Below, one piece after another: positions 28,159 through 34,563 of a stretch of 55,905 nucleotides of DNA. The first letter of the stretch is position 1. The number at the start of each line of letters is the position of its first letter. The notes under the pieces are model-generated. The model was not told the DNA's origin and did not search any database. It saw nothing but the letters and a program-made list of their open reading frames with translations. The translations under genes and the position numbers were made by a program. The DNA is from a virus. Its lineage: Duplodnaviria > Caudoviricetes. The stretch is taken from IMG/VR virus record IMGVR_UViG_3300020187_003844, positions 1 through 55,905 of that record. One strand, given 5' to 3'.

Positions 28159-29214
28159 ATGGAAAATCAAAACAACAACTTCTCAGATAGAGCATTAAAT
28201 GCCTTGAAACAAAAAGTCGTTGCGCATAATGCAAAATATTCCCAAAAAGTAACACTTTCTCAGTTACAAAAAGTATATCGCCGCGGATCAGAAATGTTCA
28301 GCGAGTTTGGACGACCAGGAAAAACACGAGGCCAATGGGCAATTGCTCGGGTCAATATGTTTTTAAAAATGGTTGGCGGATCGAATGTAAAAGATGCATA
28401 TCGCAAAGCAGATCAAGACATTGCTTGCGCAGGAATCATTTTTGATGACGGAGTGCGCGAAGAAGCAAAACTTTTTACTGAAGAAGATTTAATCTCTGCA
28501 CAACTTGATATTCACAATAATCAACTTCAAGAGGATCCAAGTTTTACAAAAGAAATGTGGAGCACAATTTTTATTGAAACCGACGAGCTTGGATTTGAAG
28601 AATATGTTGACGAACAAAGCTGGGCCGCAGAAAAAAACAAAGGTAAAAAACTAAACAAACCATTTCGCACTTCGGGCGGACCAAAAAAGTTCTCTGTGTA
28701 TGTTAAAAACGAAAAGGGTAATGTTGTTAAGGTAAACTTTGGTGATCCAAATATGGAAATCAAGCGCGATGACCCTGGTCGCCGTAAAAGTTTTAGAGCT
28801 AGACACAATTGTGAAAATCCAGGGCCCAAAACTAAGGCTCGCTACTGGAGTTGTAAAATGTGGAGCAAAAAGAGTGTCACTAAAATGACAAAAGGAGAAG
28901 AAAAGTCTCAAGAAGAGATCGAAGAAGTTGAAGAAACAGAAGAAACTGTAGAAGCAAAAACAGGTCTCTGGGACAACATTCGCAAAAAGAAAAAGCGTAT
29001 GGGAAAAAAATACAAACCTGCAAAACCTGGTAGTAAAGATCGCCCCAGTAAAGAGGCCTGGAAAAAAGCTCAATCCGCAGACGAAGAAAAAGAATTCAAA
29101 CCTCACACAATGTACGATCCAAAAACAGGAAAAGCTGTAGAAGCAAAAACATATCAACAACATCTACAACTAAAAGAAAAAGGTTATACCCACGAAAAAC
29201 CTGAATCAAAATAA
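28159..29214 (+). CDS. Modular basic phage protein (possible internal head protein)
   Basis: Concatenated short modules recalled from other phages: LQKVYRRG...QWAIARVNMFL; LNKPFRT...VNFGDPNM...SFRARHNC...ARYWSC; GLWDNIRKKKKR; FKPHTMYDPKTG. Confidence 0.55.
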   Translation: MENQNNNFSDRALNALKQKVVAHNAKYSQKVTLSQLQKVYRRGSEMFSEFGRPGKTRGQWAIARVNMFLKMVGGSNVKDAYRKADQDIACAGIIFDDGVREEAKLFTEEDLISAQLDIHNNQLQEDPSFTKEMWSTIFIETDELGFEEYVDEQSWAAEKNKGKKLNKPFRTSGGPKKFSVYVKNEKGNVVKVNFGDPNMEIKRDDPGRRKSFRARHNCENPGPKTKARYWSCKMWSKKSVTKMTKGEEKSQEEIEEVEETEETVEAKTGLWDNIRKKKKRMGKKYKPAKPGSKDRPSKEAWKKAQSADEEKEFKPHTMYDPKTGKAVEAKTYQQHLQLKEKGYTHEKPESK

Positions 29215-29217
29215 GTT

Positions 29218-29631
29218 ATGCCTGTTCCACAAAGCTTCAATAAAATAAAACTCACAACAAGCAACAATAGTGAGTATGATATTATGTTGTCTGAAGTTAG
29301 TGGACAATTGAACGTAGACAACGATCCTGTTTTATTATCAAAAGAATATTTTTCCCTTAAAACAGTTACAGGAGCAAGCTATACAACAGAATCAAATTAT
29401 ACTCATTTTTTGTATGATGATGATACCGCTGGCGGAGCAATTTCAGTCACTTTGCCTGCTCCATCTGGACACAACAACCTTTCTCAACACAAAAAAATTG
29501 GTTCTTCTGGAGATATTATAATTAGTTGTCCAAATGGATCAACTATTGACGGAACAGGTTCTTATACTTTAGATATTCAATACGAAGCTATAGGTATATA
29601 TAGTGACGGATCAAACTATTTTATACAATGA
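29218..29631 (+). CDS. Putative fibre-associated protein
   Basis: DDTAGGAISVTLPAP...KKI...TIDG...YEAIGIYSDGSNYFI, a beta module common in phage fibres. Confidence 0.55.
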   Translation: MPVPQSFNKIKLTTSNNSEYDIMLSEVSGQLNVDNDPVLLSKEYFSLKTVTGASYTTESNYTHFLYDDDTAGGAISVTLPAPSGHNNLSQHKKIGSSGDIIISCPNGSTIDGTGSYTLDIQYEAIGIYSDGSNYFIQ

Positions 29632-29921
29632 GTCACACTCCAAAAATACCAGGAATTCAAGCGGGCACCACTTTACAGTCAAACGTTGGAGGGTTACAAG
29701 ATGATGTTTCTACAATTAAATCTGACATAACAACATTGAAGTCTGACGTGCAATCATTGCAGCCAATATTCAACATTTCAACTCGCGACACAGAAGCAAA
29801 CATTTTAGCAAGCACACCAACCAATCCATCCGGCGAAGTTACAGTTGCATACGGCACTGACACTGGTGATTTTTATATTTATGATGGTAGCGCATGGTAT
29901 ATTTATAACAACGATTATTAA
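29628..29921 (+). CDS. Small fibre adaptor-like protein (coiled coil plus YGTDT..YIYDGSAW module)
   Basis: 97 aa; heptads LQDDVSTIKSDITTLKSDVQSL; ATGA-coupled. Confidence 0.55.
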   Translation: MSHTPKIPGIQAGTTLQSNVGGLQDDVSTIKSDITTLKSDVQSLQPIFNISTRDTEANILASTPTNPSGEVTVAYGTDTGDFYIYDGSAWYIYNNDY

Positions 29922-29926
29922 TAATT

Positions 29927-30784
29927 ATGACAACAATACAAACAACAACATCTTCAACACGCCCCGGCTCGCCGTCTGCGGGTGATGCTTACTTTGAAAC
30001 AGACACGAGAAACTACATCATCTATGACGGTGCGGATTGGAGAAGGTATGCTAGTGATGGTGTATCAGGAGTCTCTAATTCATTTAGCGGATCGTTTGAC
30101 GGCTTTGATGATCATGTTGATTGCGGATCAATAAGCAGTATGTCAGGTGTTTCCGCACTAACCCTTAGCGTGTGGTTCAAGCCTACCGTTGCTGGTGAAA
30201 TACCTAACATCGGATGGTGGAGTTCTTCAACCAAGTCTTACGGTTGGTCTTCTAGTGGAAGTATTAAAACATTTAATGTTAAAAATGGAGTTAATGAAAG
30301 TTTTGATGTAGCTAGTAGTGTACCTAATGATACGGAGTGGCACAATTATGTAGCGGTATTTGATGGTGGTTCTGTTGCTATTTATATAGATGGCTCATCA
30401 GTTTTAACAGGTACAGCATCTAATACTACATTAGCCACCAGCCCCGCTACTTTTCGCATAGGTCAGTTTGGAACAGTATCTTTGTATGAAGCCGGCTTGT
30501 ACGATGAAATAAGTCTGTGGGATGCAGCTTTAGACTTGGATGATGCTTTAGCTCTGTATAACAATGGTACTCCTATTGATCTTTCTAGTGCCGCAGGTGG
30601 GTACGATAAACAAGCAGACCTTACACATTGGTGGAGAATAGGAGATCACGCATCTGATACAGGTAGCGGTGGAAGCCCCGCTAGTGGTGACACTATATCA
30701 AACGTAGAGAACGCTGCTAATCCGAATACGAATGACGGTACAGGAAACAACGGCCCTACCTTCTCAACCTCAGTACCATCGTAA
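29927..30784 (+). CDS. LamG/concanavalin-like receptor-binding or fibre protein
   Basis: FDGFDDHVDCG, TLSVWFK, WHNYVAVFDG..AIYIDG, GLYDEISLW, LYNNG, HWWR. Confidence 0.75.
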   Translation: MTTIQTTTSSTRPGSPSAGDAYFETDTRNYIIYDGADWRRYASDGVSGVSNSFSGSFDGFDDHVDCGSISSMSGVSALTLSVWFKPTVAGEIPNIGWWSSSTKSYGWSSSGSIKTFNVKNGVNESFDVASSVPNDTEWHNYVAVFDGGSVAIYIDGSSVLTGTASNTTLATSPATFRIGQFGTVSLYEAGLYDEISLWDAALDLDDALALYNNGTPIDLSSAAGGYDKQADLTHWWRIGDHASDTGSGGSPASGDTISNVENAANPNTNDGTGNNGPTFSTSVPS

Positions 30785-30790
30785 GTAGCC

Positions 30791-31018
30791 ATGAAAAATT
30801 ATGTAATAATAGACGCATCAGAGGTTAGCTCTGTGGACTTCGACCAAGTGTTAGAAACATCCGCAGAAACTTTAAGGTTCTCATTAGACGGCACTAAGAC
30901 ATTTGTTAAGTACGAAGGTACACAACCATTCTTTCTGCTCGGCAAGACTGAATACACACACGAAGAGATACTAAACATCTTGAGTGGTCCTGAGTGGACG
31001 AGTGACGAGATTATCTAA
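30791..31018 (+). CDS. Small conserved phage protein accompanying LamG genes
   Basis: YVII...VDFDQVLETSAETLRFSLDGTKTFVKYEG...YTHEEIL.IL...EWT. Confidence 0.7.
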   Translation: MKNYVIIDASEVSSVDFDQVLETSAETLRFSLDGTKTFVKYEGTQPFFLLGKTEYTHEEILNILSGPEWTSDEII

Positions 31019-31075
31019 ACGGTATGCACGAAACAGTCCCCGAATGGCAACCGTTTCTATTTAAAAACTAGACAC

Positions 31076-31102
31076 AAAAAAGCCCCCCATTTCTGGAGGG
31101 CT
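31076..31102 (-). terminator. Rho-independent terminator after the outer-membrane protein gene
   Basis: Minus-strand RNA AGCCC-U-CCA-GAAA-UGG-G-GGGCU followed by a U-tract. Confidence 0.8.
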
Positions 31103-31129
31103 ATATGAACAACTATACTCTAAGTATAA

Positions 31130-31774
31130 TTAAAAACTAGCGGTTAATGCCGCGGCAACAATAGAGTCACTTTCAATTGCATCAGAATTGACCTGATCTG
31201 CACTTAAGGACAATACAAGATTCTTGGCGAGATTTTTGCTTGCGCTAATTCCAACAGAATAATAGTCAATATTATCACCATTACTTAAGTCTGTATTACC
31301 AAGTGTTCCGCGAACAGACAAATCAATATTATTAATCGAGATGTCGTGCGATACACCAGCCTCGAATGTGTATTGACTTTCATCAATATTACGAGCCGCA
31401 GAAAGTGTTGGACTTAATAATGTATCGAAATCTGCACTCAATACAACATCAAGATTGCTTGCTCCATCAAGTTGTTCAAAATGCTCAAGTCCACCATAAA
31501 CAGAAAGTAGTGAACCGAGACTCTTGCCAATTCCTCCAGACAGAATGTAAACATCGCTGTCTGCACCTGCGCTATGTGCGGTTTGTGCGCCAACTGAAAC
31601 ATCAAATCCACCCTTTGAGGTATCATAAGATGCGGATGTTTGTAGAGAGTCTTCTGCGATTAGAGATCCGCGACGAAACACGTCCGAGCCGTAACCAGTG
31701 GATAAAGATCCAGCAGAAGCTGCGTTAATAGAAAATACTGCCAAGGCAGTCAGTGTTAGTAATTTATTTTTCAT
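31130..31774 (-). CDS. Outer-membrane beta-barrel protein (resembles Gcw_chp/TIGR02001-type barrels)
   Basis: Sec signal peptide MKNKLLTLTALAVFSINAASA, early SDVFRRG motif, alternating beta-strand pattern, C-terminal Phe beta-signal (ALTASF). Confidence 0.7.
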   Translation of the reverse strand: MKNKLLTLTALAVFSINAASAGSLSTGYGSDVFRRGSLIAEDSLQTSASYDTSKGGFDVSVGAQTAHSAGADSDVYILSGGIGKSLGSLLSVYGGLEHFEQLDGASNLDVVLSADFDTLLSPTLSAARNIDESQYTFEAGVSHDISINNIDLSVRGTLGNTDLSNGDNIDYYSVGISASKNLAKNLVLSLSADQVNSDAIESDSIVAAALTASF

Positions 31775-31813
31775 AATTTAAACTGTAGATTATATACATT
31801 TATTCGAGTTTTG

Positions 31814-32221
31814 TCAACTAATTTCTATACGTTTTGTTTTTTGTTGTTTTCTGGGTATGTTTATGTATAGTACTCCATCTTTGCTTGTGGCTTTGATTTT
31901 GTTTGTGTCGAGTTCGTTTTTGAGAGTGAATAGATTGGTCGACTCGCGCGATTCAAATTGTTGATGTAGATATTTTTCTTCTTGTTTTTGCGGTGATTTA
32001 CACATCACCTTTAATGTTCCGTTCTCGCAAGATAATTCGATATCCTCTTTTGCGACACCTGGGCATTCCAGTTGTATTTCAATTTCTTTTTCTCGAGATA
32101 CAATGTTTGCGCGACGTTTTGACTCAATTGTGTCAAACAGTGAATCTGAGAATATTTCATCAAGAAGATCGTTCCATGCGTTAGTATTTTTGTTGTATGA
32201 ATTGTTTATATAGTATGACAT
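31814..32221 (-). CDS. Small heat-shock protein Hsp20/alpha-crystallin
   Basis: IQLECPGVAKEDIELS..NGTLKV, IKATSKDGVLYINIP, C-terminal IEI motif; ATG 32221 preferred. Confidence 0.9.
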   Translation of the reverse strand: MSYYINNSYNKNTNAWNDLLDEIFSDSLFDTIESKRRANIVSREKEIEIQLECPGVAKEDIELSCENGTLKVMCKSPQKQEEKYLHQQFESRESTNLFTLKNELDTNKIKATSKDGVLYINIPRKQQKTKRIEIS

Positions 32222-32259
32222 TTTGTAATTTATATTTAATTGTTTGAGACTGTGTGTCA

Positions 32260-32278
32260 CAAAAACACCGTGTTTTTG
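32260..32278. repeat. Perfect 9-bp inverted repeat in the hsp20 leader
   Basis: CAAAAACAC-C-GTGTTTTTG. Confidence 0.7.
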
Positions 32279-32297
32279 ATATTCACTCTTATATATT

Positions 32298-32314
32298 TGC
32301 TATTTTCGTGCCAA
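32298..32314 (-). promoter_or_regulatory. Sigma54 (RpoN)-type -24/-12 promoter for hsp20
   Basis: TTGGCACGAAAATAGCA versus consensus TGGCACG-N4-TTGC(A/T); GG-N10-GC spacing exact; lies just after a terminator. Confidence 0.65.
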
Positions 32315-32316
32315 AT

Positions 32317-32342
32317 AAAAAGCCCCCATTTCTGGAGGCTTT
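32317..32342 (-). terminator. Rho-independent terminator
   Basis: Minus-strand RNA AAAGCC-U-CCA-GAAA-UGG-G-GGCUUUUU; core nearly identical to the 31076-31102 terminator. Confidence 0.8.
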
Positions 32343-32367
32343 AAAGAGAGTTGATTTAGTTAATTTA

Positions 32368-33408
32368 TTATGTTGATTTGATTTGAAGATATTTCCCGAC
32401 GCCTGTACTAGTTGACTCAATGTCACCGCTTGAGTCCGTCCATAGAAATCTAAATAAAGGAGAGGAATAATTACTGTTTGTCCATGTACTGTATCCGCGG
32501 GTATAAACATCTTTTTCGTATGTGCTTCCATCAGAACTGTACAGCTTAAAAGTCAAAACAAAACTATTATCAAATAGATAAATATCTTTTTCATCTGCAG
32601 TATAGTCTAATCCTGCGGCAGAAGCACTGCTATACCAGGTTCCGTCTATTGCTTTTATGAAATCAACAAAGTTTTCATTTGTTGTATTATCTAAAACTGC
32701 AGCACCGTATATGTTGTTATTGTTATTTGGAAAACCTGCAGATATTTGAGCCAAATCTCCAGGAGCACTACCAATAGAACTGTCATCTGGATCATAATCT
32801 AAACTATTAGCTACTCCATCACCATCACGATCGCTGTCAACACTATCAACGATCGTATCAAGATCTTGATCAGCAGCATTCACATTCGCAAGAATGTTGA
32901 GTTTATAGTTTGTCGCTTGATCTGTTTCACCAGTTGCAGGAAGTTCATCCGAGAACTGAAATGTCACCTGATAAACTCCAGTTGTGGTAGTTTCAGATAC
33001 ATCAGATATCATTACCGCAATAATTGGGTCGTTTTCGCTTCCTGTTAATGTAGCAGTAATAGTAGGTTTTGCGACAAATGCTCGACCAGCAAGCGTTATT
33101 GTCTGCACGCTACTTCCTGCGCCTGTACTAAGATTTGAAGTTTCAAGAGAATATACTCCATACTTGGATACATTCACAAGCATCGACTCTACCGAGCTTG
33201 CACCTGCAGCAAGGCTAGATACGTCTGTGTCAAAATCTGTATCTCTAGCAGATAAACTTGAGATATCTTCTCCTATTTTAGTGGTGGATGTAATCTGTGT
33301 TAGATCATCCCCACTCACACTATTGATGATCAAGTTTCCTTGATCTGCGGTCAAGCGGATATTGTCCCCATCGACCGATAATTGTTCTGTACGCAATATT
33401 TTTGCCAT
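32368..33408 (-). CDS. Putative virion fibre/decoration protein with thrombospondin-type-3-like Ca-binding repeat
   Basis: Short coiled stalk (DISSL...DVSSL), shared beta-sandwich module, DQDLDTIVDSVDSDRDGDGVANSLDYDPDD; TTGTA variant motif 9 nt upstream. Confidence 0.55.
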   Translation of the reverse strand: MAKILRTEQLSVDGDNIRLTADQGNLIINSVSGDDLTQITSTTKIGEDISSLSARDTDFDTDVSSLAAGASSVESMLVNVSKYGVYSLETSNLSTGAGSSVQTITLAGRAFVAKPTITATLTGSENDPIIAVMISDVSETTTTGVYQVTFQFSDELPATGETDQATNYKLNILANVNAADQDLDTIVDSVDSDRDGDGVANSLDYDPDDSSIGSAPGDLAQISAGFPNNNNNIYGAAVLDNTTNENFVDFIKAIDGTWYSSASAAGLDYTADEKDIYLFDNSFVLTFKLYSSDGSTYEKDVYTRGYSTWTNSNYSSPLFRFLWTDSSGDIESTSTGVGKYLQIKST

Positions 33409-33420
33409 ACTATTATATAC

Positions 33421-33466
33421 AAAAAAAAGCGGGTTCTGGGAAATCGAAAACGCCCAGAACCCGCTT
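33421..33466 (-). terminator. Rho-independent terminator after nrdB
   Basis: Perfect 14-bp stem AAGCGGGTTCTGGG/CCCAGAACCCGCTT, 12-nt loop, U8 tract on the minus strand. Confidence 0.85.
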
Positions 33467-33497
33467 GTATACAGGGATTGGTTAGAAAAAAGTTTTT

Positions 33498-34511
33498 TTA
33501 GAAATCGTCTTCTAGAGATCCGCTTTGTTGATACTCTCTAACTCTTCTTTCAAAGAAATTTCCCATAGCCTGAACATCCACAACTTCACTCAACCAAGGA
33601 AAAGGATTCTTATCGCTTGGAAAACGATAGTCAAGACCAATACCTTCCAGGCGACGGTTGCCTATAAAATGCATATAATCAACAAACATGTCTGCATTTA
33701 GTCCTAGTATACCAGTTGGTAATACATCATGTGCATATGCAATCTCAAGCTCAACAGCTTTTTTCATGTGTTCTACAAATTCTTGTTGAATCTCTTTTGT
33801 CCAGATTTCTGGGTTTTGCTCCACAAGAGTATTAATTAGATAAGTTCCAAATGCAATGTGTGAGCTTTCGTCACGTAAAGTATATTTAATTTGGTCAGAA
33901 ATGCCTTGAAGCTTGTTTTGTCTACCCAACGCAAGCAGCATAGCAAAACCACTAAAGAAGAACGTTCCTTCGCACACTATCCAGTACGTAAGAAAGTTTC
34001 TCAATAACTCTTGCTTTCCCTCTATTGTGTCAGGAGTAAAATCTTGACGACTAATATCATTAGTTATTGTCATCAAGAAATCGTCTTTCGCTTTGATACT
34101 TGGAATTGTTTCATACGCCGCGAAGACCTCTTCAATGTCGAGATCTAAGCTATCACAAATATATACTACCGTAAGATTGTGAAGACTTTCCTCAAACGCT
34201 TGACGAAGGATATACTGACGGCATTCAGCGTCAGTAACATATTTAAAGGCGCTAAGCAAAAGATTATTACCAACCAAAGACTCAGATCCAGCAAAAAATC
34301 CAAGGCAACGTTTAACAAGTAATTTTTCATCATCTGTAATTTCATTATTTTTCCATTGTTTGATATCAGCTTGCATGCTTATTTCAGTTGGCATCCAATT
34401 GTTTGCACAACTTTTGAGAAATAAATCCCAAGCGTATTTATGTTTATGAGGTAAGATGCGATTTACACCAGCGATGTTTTCTGTGAGAAGTTCTCCTGTT
34501 TTAGTTTCCAT
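33498..34511 (-). CDS. nrdB: Ribonucleotide reductase beta subunit, class Ic (R2c-like)
   Basis: FFAGSESLVGNN, QAFEESLHNLTVVY, EGTFFFSGF, RDESSH, NFFERRVREY. Confidence 0.9.
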   Translation of the reverse strand: METKTGELLTENIAGVNRILPHKHKYAWDLFLKSCANNWMPTEISMQADIKQWKNNEITDDEKLLVKRCLGFFAGSESLVGNNLLLSAFKYVTDAECRQYILRQAFEESLHNLTVVYICDSLDLDIEEVFAAYETIPSIKAKDDFLMTITNDISRQDFTPDTIEGKQELLRNFLTYWIVCEGTFFFSGFAMLLALGRQNKLQGISDQIKYTLRDESSHIAFGTYLINTLVEQNPEIWTKEIQQEFVEHMKKAVELEIAYAHDVLPTGILGLNADMFVDYMHFIGNRRLEGIGLDYRFPSDKNPFPWLSEVVDVQAMGNFFERRVREYQQSGSLEDDF

Positions 34512-34517
34512 GTTTAT

Positions 34518-34546
34518 AATATATCAAATAAGTAGAGCGTTGTCAA
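34518..34546 (-). promoter_or_regulatory. Sigma70-type promoter with extended -10 (nrdB)
   Basis: TTGACA-17-TATATT with TG-N; ATG 7 nt after the -10 box. Confidence 0.7.
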
Positions 34547-34563
34547 TTGTAAATTGGATCACT

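Noticed and set aside
28651-29163. 170-aa Phe-rich minus-strand ORF
   Set aside because: Antisense shadow of the Lys/Glu-rich 28159-29214 gene.
31076-32342. Near-identical CCCATTTCTGGAGG sequences flanking the OMP and hsp20 genes as mobile-element ends or att sites
   Set aside because: Both are explained as terminator hairpins and no integrase or transposase is nearby. Recombination between them cannot be excluded.
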